Source of the DNA: Minisyncoccota bacterium
GTDB lineage: Bacteria > Patescibacteriota > Minisyncoccia > Phycocordibacterales > UBA6065
NCBI GenBank assembly: GCA_036400935.1
Contig: DASWWW010000002.1
Span: forward strand, 201,529-265,528
DNA length: 64,000 nucleotides
Reading direction: 5' to 3'
In this document: positions 52,873 through 63,166 of the stretch, piece after piece
How the letters are laid out: every line of letters begins with the position of its first letter
Position numbering within the stretch: position 1 is the stretch's first letter
Position numbers and translations under genes: made by a program
Notes under the pieces: model-generated
What the model was told of the DNA's origin: nothing
Databases searched by the model: none
The model's input: the letters and a program-made list of their open reading frames with translations, nothing else

Positions 52873-55275
52873 ATGAAAAAGATTGCACTTCCTTTTGCTT
52901 TATTCGCATTATTCGCCGCAGCATATCTCTCGCCTTCGCGAGCTGATGCTGCCCTTACCCTCACCGCTGGAAACAGCGCGACGACCACACCGAACGTGGC
53001 GACATCGATCACCGGATTCCAGATCGTCGGCCCCGCAGCATCGACCACGCCCGTAAAGCTGCGCGCGACGAACGGAACGCTCACCCTCTCGACCGTATCG
53101 GGCGTGACCATGTCAGGAAACAATTCGGGTACCGTAAACCTCAGCGGTACCGTGGCGAACCTCAACACCGCCCTCGCGACCCTCACCTACACCCGCAGCA
53201 ATACGGGAACCGATACGCTCGAGGTATCGCTGGTCAACAGCAGCCAGATATTCTTCCCTGACAACGGCCACGTATACGAGTATGTAGCGGCAAGCTCCAA
53301 CTGGACGACAGCCCGCAATGCGGCAGCTGCCCGTACATACGGCACGACACCGGGATACCTCGCGACGATCACTTCGAGCGCGGAGAATGCCTTCATATCC
53401 GCCCGACTCGGAGGCGATGCTTGGATTGGCGGAAGCGATTCCGAGACCGAAGGCACGTGGAAGTGGGTTACCGGGCCGGAGGCGGGCACCACTTTCTGGC
53501 AAGGACTCGGATCAGGCGCCGGAGGCCAGACCGTAGGCGGCAATTACGCTAACTGGCAAGGAACGGGCGAACCAAACCAGTCCGGAGAGGAAGACTGCAT
53601 CGAGACCTATATTGCCTCGGGAACCTGGAACGACTACCCTTGCGGAACCTCCGTATCAGGCTATGTCGTCGAATACGGCGCGCCCGGGGATCTTCCTACC
53701 GTGGTCGCCCAGAACATCTCTATCGTCACTGCTGACGTGCCCGCCATCACCACTATCTTCCCCGCCAACGGCGCAACGAACGCAACCACGAGCGTCAATC
53801 TCGTCGTCCGTTTCAGCAAGACCGTCACGAAAGATACAGGCTCTTTCCTTATCTCAAAATCCTCCGACAATTCGGTCGTCGAATCGATCCTGGCGAGCAG
53901 CACCCAGATTTCTGGCAGCGGCACGAGCATGATCGTCATTGATCCGAGCGTCACGTTCGAGGAAGGCGTCCAATACTACGTGACCTTCCCGTCGACCCTG
54001 TTCAAGGACGGGTCGAACAACTATTTCAACGGCATAACGGCAAGCTCCACCTGGACATTCACGACCGCCGACCTTACTGCGCCGGTCATTTCGAGTCTTA
54101 CAGGCTCATCAACAGCATCGACCTCGGCATCGATAGCTTGGACGACCAATGAGGCCGCCTCGACCCGCCTCTTCTACTCGACCGGGACGTCATACGCCTC
54201 GAGCACGAGCCTCGCGGATACGAGTCCTCGCGTGACGAGCCATGCCGTATCGCTCTCAACCCTCGTATCATGCACGACGTACAACTACCGCGCCGTATCG
54301 TCTGACGCCGCGGGCAACACCTCGACATCGACGAGCGCCTCGTTCACGACCCTCGGCTGTCCTGGAAATACGGCGCCCACTTCGGCAACCACCACATCAG
54401 TCGCCGTAGCGTCGCAGGCTACCACTACCTTGAGTGAATCGGGCCGCTCGCTCCAGGTGACCACCCCTGCAAACTTCACGTCGACCTCGTCGACCGTCGT
54501 CATCCAGATCCGCGCCCAAGAATCGACTCCCGTTCTCGAATCCATCGGCATACCAAACAGCCTTTCGAGCGCCGCAAGCATCGTCTTTGACGTAAAGGCC
54601 ATCATCAACTCGTCCGTAGAGCTCGACACTTTCGACCATCCAATTACGATCTCCTATACCTACACGGACGAGGACATCAGCGGCCTCGACGAGGGCACCC
54701 TCGTCATGTACCACTATCACCGCGGATCGTGGCTCGAGCTCAACAGCTGCTCGACTGACATGGCTGCAAATACGATAACCTGCGATACGCCAAGCTTCTC
54801 CACCTTCGCGATTTTCGGATCGCCTCTTGCTTCGGCGTCAGAGAGCGCGCGGTCGTCAGGATCGGGCGGAGCCTCGATCAGGTCGCGCGTAGCGAACCTC
54901 ATCGCCATGGGCAAGGCGGCGGAAGCCGATGCCCTCAAGTCTCAGTGGCCGCACCTTTTCGCCCAGGCTAACATCGCAGCAGTCGCAGCCTCCCGCGCCT
55001 CGGGTACAAGCGCCTCGGTCCGAGACCTCCAGTCGGGCATGACGGGCGCCGACGTGCTTGCCCTCCAGAGATTCCTCAACGCTCATGCATTTGCGCTCGC
55101 GGAGTCAGGTGCAGGATCGCCGGGCAACGAGAGCGATACATTCGCCCGCCTTACCAGGAACGCCCTGATCAGATTCCAGGCGCAGCACGGCATCTCTCCA
55201 GCAATCGGCTATTTCGGACCGATCACGCGAGCCAAAATCGACGAGCTCAAGCTCTCCGGAACGTGGTGGAAATAG
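52873..55275 (+). CDS. large secreted surface protein with C-type-lectin-like domain, Ig/FN3-like repeats and C-terminal peptidoglycan-binding domain
   Basis: 800 aa; signal peptide; CTLD segment (WIGGSDSETEGTWKWV...EDCIETYIASGTWNDYPCG); SbsA-Ig/FN3-like modules; C-terminal PG_binding_1-like (LQRFLNAHAF...ALIRFQAQHGI). Confidence 0.7.
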   Translation: MKKIALPFALFALFAAAYLSPSRADAALTLTAGNSATTTPNVATSITGFQIVGPAASTTPVKLRATNGTLTLSTVSGVTMSGNNSGTVNLSGTVANLNTALATLTYTRSNTGTDTLEVSLVNSSQIFFPDNGHVYEYVAASSNWTTARNAAAARTYGTTPGYLATITSSAENAFISARLGGDAWIGGSDSETEGTWKWVTGPEAGTTFWQGLGSGAGGQTVGGNYANWQGTGEPNQSGEEDCIETYIASGTWNDYPCGTSVSGYVVEYGAPGDLPTVVAQNISIVTADVPAITTIFPANGATNATTSVNLVVRFSKTVTKDTGSFLISKSSDNSVVESILASSTQISGSGTSMIVIDPSVTFEEGVQYYVTFPSTLFKDGSNNYFNGITASSTWTFTTADLTAPVISSLTGSSTASTSASIAWTTNEAASTRLFYSTGTSYASSTSLADTSPRVTSHAVSLSTLVSCTTYNYRAVSSDAAGNTSTSTSASFTTLGCPGNTAPTSATTTSVAVASQATTTLSESGRSLQVTTPANFTSTSSTVVIQIRAQESTPVLESIGIPNSLSSAASIVFDVKAIINSSVELDTFDHPITISYTYTDEDISGLDEGTLVMYHYHRGSWLELNSCSTDMAANTITCDTPSFSTFAIFGSPLASASESARSSGSGGASIRSRVANLIAMGKAAEADALKSQWPHLFAQANIAAVAASRASGTSASVRDLQSGMTGADVLALQRFLNAHAFALAESGAGSPGNESDTFARLTRNALIRFQAQHGISPAIGYFGPITRAKIDELKLSGTWWK

Positions 55276-55277
55276 GC

Positions 55278-55343
55278 GCAAAAACGACTGTTTTTGCTAC
55301 ATCAGGATAGACCACAGGACCGTCAAGGGACGGTCCTTTTCTA
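55278..55343 (+). terminator. tandem hairpins / rho-independent terminator
   Basis: gcaaaaacgactgtttttgc then ggaccgtcaagggacggtcc + TTTTCT. Confidence 0.5.
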
Positions 55344-55465
55344 CGGCTCTTTAGAGCCCTATATGCAAAAGACTTGCATCTTCCTACGGGTACTGTATAC
55401 TCTCTTTCCTGCTGATCGGCCGCTTCCGACCGAACCTCCTTTATATCGCTAACGCAAATTTATAA

Positions 55466-57277
55466 ATGGGTATATATAGACCATTCATTTTTTTGGGGAG
55501 ACGATTATCAGCAATAATGTTTATCGCATCGGCTCTGTCCCTCGGGAGCATGATGATGCCCGGGACCGCTATGGCGGCAGGGACCGTAGAGACGTGGTGG
55601 CCGGCGCAGAACGCCTCGGTACAGGGCACTCAGCCCTTCAAGGCAATCGTAAAGGACATGAACGTCTGGGATTACAAGATGTACTGGTCGGTTGATGGCG
55701 GGTCCGAGAACGCCATGTACGACAGCTGGCAGGATTATCAGCACAAGGAAGCGATGGTCGACCTTACGAACTGGAAATGGAACTCCAACGGCTCGTATAA
55801 TGTCGCATTCATTGCCCGCAGCCATTCAGGCGCAGAGATCGCCCGCACGAGCGTGACGATCAAGAACGCAGGCCAGTCAGTTTCAGCCCCGACGCCAGCC
55901 CCAATCGTAGTAGCCCCGACTCCCGCCCCGGCTCCTGCTCCAAGCAATGGATCGGAAATTACGGGAACGATCAGCGCTCCCGTAGCGCAGACCCCTTCGA
56001 ACGCTACCGCTCCTGCCCCGGCTCCAACGCCGGCTGCAGAAACTGCGACGCTCGAAGTACAGGTAGCATCGCCTAAAGCCAATACTTCGGTATACGGCAA
56101 GGTAAAGATATCGGCGTCAGTGCCCAACAAGGCATCGTCGTCCTACAAGATGTACTGGTCTGTAGACGGAGGATCGCTCAATCAGATCGGCGACCAGTCC
56201 GAAATCGACTTCACTTACTGGACATGGAAAGGATCGAATGCCTATGTCCTAAACTTCATCGCAAAGGACAATAGCGGCAACACGATCGCAAAGACGGATG
56301 TGCCGGTATATGCCAATGCGGCAGCGCCCGCAAGCGGTGTCACCGCAGCAGCAACCGCTCCCGCAACCAATCCGGTTACGAACGTCGTTGAGACTGTGAC
56401 GAACGTGATTTCGAGCCTCACCTCAAAGCTGTACGTAGATCCTAATAACCCCGCCCTCGCTCAGGCCAAGGCCTGGAAGAGCTCGCGGCCGGCGGATGCG
56501 GCAGTCATGGAGAAGATCGGATCGCAGTCTTCGGGCATCTGGCTCGGAAACTGGAATGCGGACGTGCAATCTGACGTCCAGAATGCCGTAGCGGCAGCAA
56601 AGAAACAGAATGCCTCGGCGGTATTCGTCGCCTACAACATCCCAGGCCGAGACTGCGGGCAGTATTCGGCAGGAGGCCTCTCAGACAAGAACGCGTACGT
56701 CGCCTGGATCAAGAAGATTGCGGCGGGCATCGGCAGCGGAGACGCTATCGTCATCCTCGAGCCGGACGCGATCGCCCTTACCGACTGCCTTTCTGACTCG
56801 CAGAAGACAGATCGATACTCGATGATCTCGCAGGCTGTCGAAATCCTCTCTGCCAATAGCGGCACAAAGGTATACATCGACGCCGGACACTCAGGATGGG
56901 TCAATGCTTCGGATATGGCTTCCCGCCTTTCAAAGGCAGGCGTATCAAAGGCCGCAGGATTCTCCCTCAACGTATCGAACTACGTGAGCACGGGAGAGAA
57001 TACGACCTACGGAACCGCGGTATCGAAGCTCATCGGCAACAAGCATTTCGTCATCGACACATCCCGCAATGGATCTGGATCGAACGGCGAATGGTGTAAC
57101 CCGAGCGGCCGGTCCCTCGGCCAGGCTCCTACCCTCTCGACCGGAAATTCGCTTATTGATGCCTATCTCTGGGCAAAGAAGCCGGGCGAATCGGACGGAA
57201 ACTGCAACGGCGGCCCTAACGCCGGCGAATGGTGGCCAGAGTACGCTCTGGGCCTCGCGCAGCGCGCAGGATACTAG
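55466..57277 (+). CDS. glycoside hydrolase family 6 (cellulase/cellobiohydrolase-like) with two N-terminal copies of an uncharacterised ~100-aa domain
   Basis: 603 aa; signal peptide; GH6 catalytic motifs (YNIPGRDCG, VIILEPDAIA, IDAGHSGW, WAKKPGESDG); N-terminal WWPAQNASVQGTQPFKA...YKMYWSVDGG repeated twice separated by Pro/Ala linker. Confidence 0.8.
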   Translation: MGIYRPFIFLGRRLSAIMFIASALSLGSMMMPGTAMAAGTVETWWPAQNASVQGTQPFKAIVKDMNVWDYKMYWSVDGGSENAMYDSWQDYQHKEAMVDLTNWKWNSNGSYNVAFIARSHSGAEIARTSVTIKNAGQSVSAPTPAPIVVAPTPAPAPAPSNGSEITGTISAPVAQTPSNATAPAPAPTPAAETATLEVQVASPKANTSVYGKVKISASVPNKASSSYKMYWSVDGGSLNQIGDQSEIDFTYWTWKGSNAYVLNFIAKDNSGNTIAKTDVPVYANAAAPASGVTAAATAPATNPVTNVVETVTNVISSLTSKLYVDPNNPALAQAKAWKSSRPADAAVMEKIGSQSSGIWLGNWNADVQSDVQNAVAAAKKQNASAVFVAYNIPGRDCGQYSAGGLSDKNAYVAWIKKIAAGIGSGDAIVILEPDAIALTDCLSDSQKTDRYSMISQAVEILSANSGTKVYIDAGHSGWVNASDMASRLSKAGVSKAAGFSLNVSNYVSTGENTTYGTAVSKLIGNKHFVIDTSRNGSGSNGEWCNPSGRSLGQAPTLSTGNSLIDAYLWAKKPGESDGNCNGGPNAGEWWPEYALGLAQRAGY

Positions 57278-57292
57278 AATTTAGCGGACGGA

Positions 57293-57330
57293 AGGCCGCC
57301 CAACCCTTAGGGTTGGGCGGCCTTGTATTT
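57293..57330 (+). terminator. rho-independent terminator
   Basis: aggccgcccaaccc ttag ggttgggcggcct + tgtATTTggt. Confidence 0.55.
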
Positions 57331-57346
57331 GGTGTATACTCGGTAT

Positions 57347-57676
57347 ATGACACCCAAAAAGCGCTACAAGATAGTGGTATACGTTCCGGAAAAGGACGCT
57401 GACAAGCTCCGCACAGCCATGGGCAATGCCGGCGCAGGCATCATCGGCAAATATTCGCACTGCACCTTTACCATAAAAGGCGTCGGTCGATCTCTACCCA
57501 TGGAAGGCGCGAATCCAGCGATCGGCACCGTCGGAAAGCTTGAGGAAATCGCCGAAGACAGGATCGAGACGGTCTGCGAGGCGGACAGACTCGCTGCGGT
57601 ACTCAAGGCCGTCCGCGACAATCATCCGTACGAGGAACCGGCAACCGACGTGTACCCTATTGAAGTAATCGAATAA
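57347..57676 (+). CDS. CutA/PII-like (GlnB-fold) small protein
   Basis: Likely start ATG 57347 (MTPKKRYKIVVYV); C-terminal HPYEEP resembles CutA HPYEVPE motif; overall ~110 aa βαβ pattern. Confidence 0.45.
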   Translation: MTPKKRYKIVVYVPEKDADKLRTAMGNAGAGIIGKYSHCTFTIKGVGRSLPMEGANPAIGTVGKLEEIAEDRIETVCEADRLAAVLKAVRDNHPYEEPATDVYPIEVIE

Positions 57677-57681
57677 CAATC

Positions 57682-58329
57682 ATGTCAGAAGACAAGAAAG
57701 CATGGCAGAGCATTCACGCCCACTATTCAAAGCAAGATTGGGTGAATAAGCCGTCCATATTCGCCGAAGAGGCGATCCAACACTTCCCTAAAGGCGCGAG
57801 GATTCTCGAAATCGGTGGAGGCCTTGGCCAAGACTCAATATTCTTTGCCCAAAAAGGATTCGACGTAACCCTGACCGACCGCTCTGTCGATGCATTGGTT
57901 GCTGCGAAAGAAAAAATCGCCAATGAGGCCAAAGATTTTAAAATAAAGACGGCGGTCTTGGATGCCTCAACTGCATTCCCCTTCAAGGATGGCGAATTCG
58001 ATGTCGTGTACGCCCACCTTTCCCTGCACTATTTCGATACTGAAACCACACACAAAATCTTTTCTGAGATCGCCCGCGTCTTGAAGCCGAAAGGCGTGCT
58101 TGCCGCCCTCTTCAATTCCGTAGACGATCCCGAATACGGCACCGGCGAGAAAATCGAGGAAAGCTACTTCCTCATACAAGGCGTAAGAAAGCGATTCTTC
58201 TCTGTGGACGCGCTCACTCCTTTCACAAAGGCATTCAAGCCAGCAATCATCGACAACAAAGGAGAGACGTACAAAGATCGTGCAAAAGGCATATCGGGCT
58301 TGATCAGGTTTATTGGAAATAAGATCTAA
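57682..58329 (+). CDS. class I SAM-dependent methyltransferase
   Basis: 215 aa; motif I ILEIGGGLGQDSIFFAQKGFDVTLTD. Confidence 0.8.
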   Translation: MSEDKKAWQSIHAHYSKQDWVNKPSIFAEEAIQHFPKGARILEIGGGLGQDSIFFAQKGFDVTLTDRSVDALVAAKEKIANEAKDFKIKTAVLDASTAFPFKDGEFDVVYAHLSLHYFDTETTHKIFSEIARVLKPKGVLAALFNSVDDPEYGTGEKIEESYFLIQGVRKRFFSVDALTPFTKAFKPAIIDNKGETYKDRAKGISGLIRFIGNKI

Positions 58330-58341
58330 TACACTATCCAT

Positions 58342-58689
58342 ATGGGATCACTACGCACCGAGATGATGGTAAACAAATACAAAGAGTACCAGAAGGCAAA
58401 CCCTTCCGATGGATCGTGCCCTCTGTGCTCAAGGGAGCCGCTGAAGGCTTACTCGCACTGGAAAATCATAGACAACAAGTTCCCCTACGATATCATCGCG
58501 ACGACCCATCACATGGTCGTACCCCTTCGTCATGTCGTCGAGGCGGAGCTCACCGAAGCGGAACTCAAGGAATTCGAAAGCATAAAGACTAATTTCATAA
58601 ATCCTGGATACAACTACATTATCGAGGCAACTCCCCTTCAGAAATCCATTCCCGGCCATTTCCACCTTCACCTTATCATCGCTAAATAA
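58342..58689 (+). CDS. HIT-family (histidine triad) protein
   Basis: 115 aa; C-terminal HFHLHLI histidine triad. Confidence 0.7.
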   Translation: MGSLRTEMMVNKYKEYQKANPSDGSCPLCSREPLKAYSHWKIIDNKFPYDIIATTHHMVVPLRHVVEAELTEAELKEFESIKTNFINPGYNYIIEATPLQKSIPGHFHLHLIIAK

Positions 58690-58694
58690 AAACC

Positions 58695-59282
58695 ATGCTC
58701 AAAGCTGTAATATTCGACCTTAACGGCATATTCCTCCAGGCGCCAAAGCTCAGCGAGCGATTCGAGAAGGATTTCGGAGTACCAATAGCCACCTTCCTGC
58801 CAAAACTGTCAGCCATCATGGATACCGCGCGAAAACCCGGCGCGAATAGCACGTTCAGCTATTGGGAGCCCGCCCTCAAGGAATGGAACGTGAATCTTAC
58901 GGAAAAAGAATTCTGGGCATATTGGTTCGGCGCGGAGAAAGTCTCCGAGACCATGGTCGCATTCGCCAAGGAGCTCAGGTCGAAAGGAATCAAAGTATTC
59001 ATACTCTCAAACAATTTCAAGGAGCGAGCAGAATATTACGATCAGTACCCGTGGACGCACGAGACAGTCGACCATATCTACTTCTCATGGAAGACCGGAT
59101 TCGTGAAGCCAGACACGAAGGCGTGGACATCGATACTGTCGGAGCACGGCGTCGCTCCCGAGAACGCGGTCTATTTCGACGATCAGGAAAAGAATGTGAA
59201 GGCTGCTGAATCTGTCGGCATAAAATCGTTTATATTCAAAGACGAGAAAGATTTGGAGCAAAAAGTACGGAGCCTGATTTAG
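58695..59282 (+). CDS. HAD-superfamily hydrolase
   Basis: 195 aa; motif I VIFDLNG, later HAD motifs (SNN..., FDD). Confidence 0.75.
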   Translation: MLKAVIFDLNGIFLQAPKLSERFEKDFGVPIATFLPKLSAIMDTARKPGANSTFSYWEPALKEWNVNLTEKEFWAYWFGAEKVSETMVAFAKELRSKGIKVFILSNNFKERAEYYDQYPWTHETVDHIYFSWKTGFVKPDTKAWTSILSEHGVAPENAVYFDDQEKNVKAAESVGIKSFIFKDEKDLEQKVRSLI

Positions 59283-59326
59283 CGGATGCGTGATAAAATA
59301 ATACTGTTAGTACTTAATTTAAATAT

Positions 59327-59713
59327 ATGGATTCAACCGTATTTCTAGCGCAGATCTGGGGACCGATCATGATCGCTGTCGGCCTCGGCATATTCGCCAG
59401 CCGAAAGTATTACGTCAGGCTCTATCGCGACCTCGAGAAAGAGATGCTCGCGGTACTTACCTTCGGCATCATGGCTATCGCTCTCGGCATCATGCACGTG
59501 AACCTGCACAATATCTGGGGCACGTTCAATCAGGGCCTCGTTAGCCTCTTTGGTTGGGCGCTCGCGGTAAAGGGATTCATCTTCCTCATCGTTCCCGGCT
59601 TTGCGGACCGCTGGGGCAACTGGGCAGCCGCTAGCCCGAAGTGGATTCCTTTCGTAGGCGTTGCAGCCCTCGTGATTGGCGGATACCTCTCGTGGTTCGC
59701 CTTCCTCGCCTAA
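59327..59713 (+). CDS. small membrane protein (hypothetical)
   Basis: 128 aa, 4 hydrophobic helices. Confidence 0.5.
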   Translation: MDSTVFLAQIWGPIMIAVGLGIFASRKYYVRLYRDLEKEMLAVLTFGIMAIALGIMHVNLHNIWGTFNQGLVSLFGWALAVKGFIFLIVPGFADRWGNWAAASPKWIPFVGVAALVIGGYLSWFAFLA

Positions 59714-59726
59714 ATTCGGGCAAGCA

Positions 59727-59755
59727 AAAGGCGCTCCTTGCGGAGCGCCTTTTCA
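59727..59755. terminator. bidirectional terminator (copy 2 of identical 29-mer)
   Basis: aaaaGGCGCTCCttgcGGAGCGCCttttc identical to 9917-9945. Confidence 0.6.
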
Positions 59756-59756
59756 T

Positions 59757-60179
59757 TTACACCCAAGCCGCGATGACCGCACCCGCGATAAGGAGATATG
59801 CGAGCCAGTATCCTCCATTGATGAAGAAAAGCTTCCACGACTTTCCTTCCCAGCCGGCGAAATTGAAGAGGACCGGGACGACGAATCCCACCCAGACCAT
59901 GAGAGCCGTAGCGAGGCCGTTCGAGATGCCGCTAAATCCGAGATAAGCGGAGCCGACCGCGATCAGACGAGCCAAAACGAAGCTCGCAAAGAAGGCGCCG
60001 ATAAGCGAGATGATGATCGGCTTGACCATGACCGAGAAGCCAGGCTTCGGGTCAGGCATCTTCATACCGTTCAATTCCATCCACTTCTTGCCGAAGAGCG
60101 GACCGTACCAGATAAAGCCGAGAACGACCGACGCTACCACGCTGACCAATATCGCCCACAGATTAATAGTTACTGCCAT
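59757..60179 (-). CDS. DUF1761-family membrane protein
   Basis: 140 aa; LWAILVSVVASVVLGFIWYGPLFGKKWM N-terminal signature. Confidence 0.6.
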   Translation of the reverse strand: MAVTINLWAILVSVVASVVLGFIWYGPLFGKKWMELNGMKMPDPKPGFSVMVKPIIISLIGAFFASFVLARLIAVGSAYLGFSGISNGLATALMVWVGFVVPVLFNFAGWEGKSWKLFFINGGYWLAYLLIAGAVIAAWV

Positions 60180-60460
60180 AAGATTAAAATTTCCTGCTAA
60201 TAGGTACAGTATAGCGCCGGAATGTTTGAGTTAGAAGCGATGTGGTGTATAGTGGAAGTATGGCAAAACGAGCAAATTCACGACCGCGAGCTAGCCGATC
60301 CCGAAAGACTGCAAAGCGACTTGCTGTAAAGCACGCACGCCTCGCAGCCCACAGGGCAAAGAGGAAGAAATAGTCTTCCCTCGCAACGCAGGAGCCGCGC
60401 ATTCTTAACCCGAATCCGCGGCTTTTGTTTTATCCTGCCCCGATATGGCATACTGAATAT

Positions 60461-60916
60461 ATGAACAAACCAAGCAAGAAAACCACAGCCCTCGTGTCGA
60501 TCGTCCTCCTGGCATTCGTGCTCGTCACGGGCGCGCTACTCGTGCATACGGAGAACCAGAGCATCAAGTCGGCGATGCGGGATTTCGCATCGTACGCGAA
60601 GAACAACCCAGCAATAGCGCCATCCGACCTTTGCCGCGGCGGATTCATCAATACAGACGGCAATCCTGCCCTGAGCGACATCTCAAACCGCATTATCGAA
60701 AACCGCATCCTGCGGGAAGAGCCTCGTGAATACGCACAGACCCAGGACGAGGCTGGCATATCCTGCCTGACATCGACCAGCACGTGGATGCTCTTTAGCG
60801 CCCTCAATCCAGACAAGAAGGACGGTCCCGATGCCGCGCCGCATCACTGCGTAGATTCAACGGGCAAGAGCGGATCCTACGGTATCGACCGCGATAACGC
60901 GCTCTGCGGCGAGTAA
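60461..60916 (+). CDS. secreted hypothetical protein
   Basis: Start at MNKPSKKTTALVSIVLLAFVLV (signal/TM) within tracked ORF 60425..60916; paired cysteines. Confidence 0.5.
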   Translation: MNKPSKKTTALVSIVLLAFVLVTGALLVHTENQSIKSAMRDFASYAKNNPAIAPSDLCRGGFINTDGNPALSDISNRIIENRILREEPREYAQTQDEAGISCLTSTSTWMLFSALNPDKKDGPDAAPHHCVDSTGKSGSYGIDRDNALCGE

Positions 60917-60924
60917 TATATACT

Positions 60925-61788
60925 GTGCCTATGAAAACAATCACCATATACCACCAGGACTGCAATGACGGCACGACAGCCGCCGCAGTCGTCCTCAAGA
61001 AATATCCTGACGCTCTCGTATTCCCCCTTGATCATGATTACGAGCAGGCCGAGATCGACCAAATAATCGCGCAGGCAAAGCCTGGAGATCGCATCCTTAC
61101 CGTCGACTGCGTTATCGGAGTAAAGGAATTCCTTGCAAAGGGTTTCGCGGTCACTTCGATCGACCACCACGCGAGCGTGAAGGACGAATATACAGCCCTC
61201 GCGGCATCGAATCCTGCATTCACGTTCGCATTCGACAACGACCATTCGGGATCGGCCCTCGCCTGGATCACTCTCTTTCCCAATCAGGAAATACCGGAGC
61301 TCGTAAGGCTCGTCGAGGATCAGGATATTTGGAGAAACAAGTACGGCGCGGATACGCAGGCGGTAAACAATTTCATATTCACGCTCAGGGACAAGCCGGA
61401 GGAGGTGGCCAAGCTCTTTGACGCGTCCCTCGACGCCATAAAGCGCGATGGTGCAACCATATCCAAATATTCGCGAATCATGATCGATGATATGACCGAC
61501 GGCACCGAGGCGATCATGGTGAAGGTAGGCCCTCATACCGTGCCTTTCTACAACATCACCTCATACAAGTCAGACTGCGGAAACATCCTTACGAACAAAG
61601 TCGATAAGACCGTCGGCCTCTTTACGATCGACGGCGAAAAGGTAAAGATCAGCTTCCGCTGCCTCGACAGGCACTCTCCTTCCGCCGCTGATCTCGCCGT
61701 AGCGCTAGGCGGAGGCGGCCATCACAATGCAGCAGGCGCCGCCATGCCTCTCTCAGACTTTCTGAAGGCGATAGTGCGCAGTGAATAA
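60925..61788 (+). CDS. DHH/DHHA1-family phosphoesterase (NrnA-like nanoRNase/pAp phosphatase)
   Basis: 287 aa; DHH motif (SIDHH), DHHA1 GGGHxxAAG (LGGGGHHNAAGAAM). Confidence 0.8.
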   Translation: MPMKTITIYHQDCNDGTTAAAVVLKKYPDALVFPLDHDYEQAEIDQIIAQAKPGDRILTVDCVIGVKEFLAKGFAVTSIDHHASVKDEYTALAASNPAFTFAFDNDHSGSALAWITLFPNQEIPELVRLVEDQDIWRNKYGADTQAVNNFIFTLRDKPEEVAKLFDASLDAIKRDGATISKYSRIMIDDMTDGTEAIMVKVGPHTVPFYNITSYKSDCGNILTNKVDKTVGLFTIDGEKVKISFRCLDRHSPSAADLAVALGGGGHHNAAGAAMPLSDFLKAIVRSE

Positions 61789-61876
61789 CCTCTCGCTTGT
61801 CCTTTCTTGGACTCCGCAGGCGCGAAGCTTGGAGGCGTCAAGGCTCCCTTTGACGCCTGAGCGCCGAGGACAGAAC

Positions 61877-61903
61877 AAAACCACCCGCAGGAGGTGGTTT
61901 TGT
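61877..61903. terminator. bidirectional rho-independent terminator
   Basis: aaaaccacccgcaggaggtggtttt between convergent genes. Confidence 0.55.
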
Positions 61904-61933
61904 GTTCCAAGAAAGGACAAGCGAGAGGCCTGT

Positions 61934-63154
61934 TTACTCGTACCTAAGGGCTTCGATAGGATTCATCTGGGCCGCCTTTCGCGCAGGATAGTATCCGAAC
62001 ACGATCCCGATAAGCGCCGAGACCCCGAAGGCAAGCAACACTGAGGAAAGCGATACCTCTGCCGGCAACAGTCCGGTCAAAGACAGTACCGTAGATATTC
62101 CCCAGCCGAGAGCCACTCCCGCCATGCCTCCGATAAACGTGAGGACGATAGCCTCTGCCAGAAACTGCATGTTTATGTCGTTGCGCTTCGCGCCGATGGC
62201 TTTGCGCAGGCCGATCTCGCGCGTTCGCTCCGTAACCGTAGTAAGCATCATGTTCATGATGCCGATGCCTCCGACGACGAGCGATATGCCGGCGACCGCG
62301 GCAAGGAGCGCCGTGAACGTTCCCGTGACAGATGACGCGGTCGCCACGATATCTGACTGGTTTATGACGGTGAAATCGGCGGCTGCCGGATCAGCAATCT
62401 TGTGCCTCTCCAAAAGAAGCGCCGTGATATCGGCTTGAAGGTCTGCCATAGTATCGGCATCTGCCGCTTGCACGGAAAGCGTCGTCAGGTAGCTGTTGCC
62501 AGCAAGAAATCGCGCCGCAGAAGTGAGCGGAATGAATATCATATCGTCCTGGCTGCCGAATCCGGTGCCTCCCTTTGATGCGGTCATGCCGATAACGGTA
62601 AACTCGATGCCCTTAATGCGCAGGGTCTTGCCCACTGGGTCTACGCCCTCGCCGAACAAGTCGTCGCGAACGGTAGGGCCGACTACGGCGACTTTCGACG
62701 AGTTAGCGACCTGCTGATCAGTTATGAAATTTCCTTCGGCCACAGAGACATTGCGTACCCCTGGATACGAAGAATTAGTTCCGACAACCGAAGTGTTGGT
62801 ATTGGTTCCCTTGGCAGTCACCTGATAGCGCCCAGTGATCTCGGGGGCAACGGCTTTAGCAAGAGCGAGTGACGAGACGGCTTCGGCGTCGCCCTGCGTG
62901 ACGGTCCGTCCGCTGCCGCGGGCAAAGTTCACCTGATAGCCCTGAGTTCGCGTAGCTCCTGGCACCACCATGACGAGGTTTGCGCCGATAGACTGAATGC
63001 TCGCTTGAATGCTGTTCTGTGCGCCCGCTCCGATCGCAACCATGGCGATAACCGACCCGATACCAATGATGATGCCGAGCATGGTCAGGCCCGTGCGAAT
63101 CTTGTTGGCCGACAGCGCCGTATGCGTCTCTTCAAAAAGGTCTTTGATAGTCAT
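61934..63154 (-). CDS. ABC transporter permease, FtsX/MacB family
   Basis: 406 aa; N-terminal TM, large periplasmic domain, C-terminal FtsX-like 3-TM bundle. Confidence 0.8.
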   Translation of the reverse strand: MTIKDLFEETHTALSANKIRTGLTMLGIIIGIGSVIAMVAIGAGAQNSIQASIQSIGANLVMVVPGATRTQGYQVNFARGSGRTVTQGDAEAVSSLALAKAVAPEITGRYQVTAKGTNTNTSVVGTNSSYPGVRNVSVAEGNFITDQQVANSSKVAVVGPTVRDDLFGEGVDPVGKTLRIKGIEFTVIGMTASKGGTGFGSQDDMIFIPLTSAARFLAGNSYLTTLSVQAADADTMADLQADITALLLERHKIADPAAADFTVINQSDIVATASSVTGTFTALLAAVAGISLVVGGIGIMNMMLTTVTERTREIGLRKAIGAKRNDINMQFLAEAIVLTFIGGMAGVALGWGISTVLSLTGLLPAEVSLSSVLLAFGVSALIGIVFGYYPARKAAQMNPIEALRYE

Positions 63155-63166
63155 GATGATAAGAAA

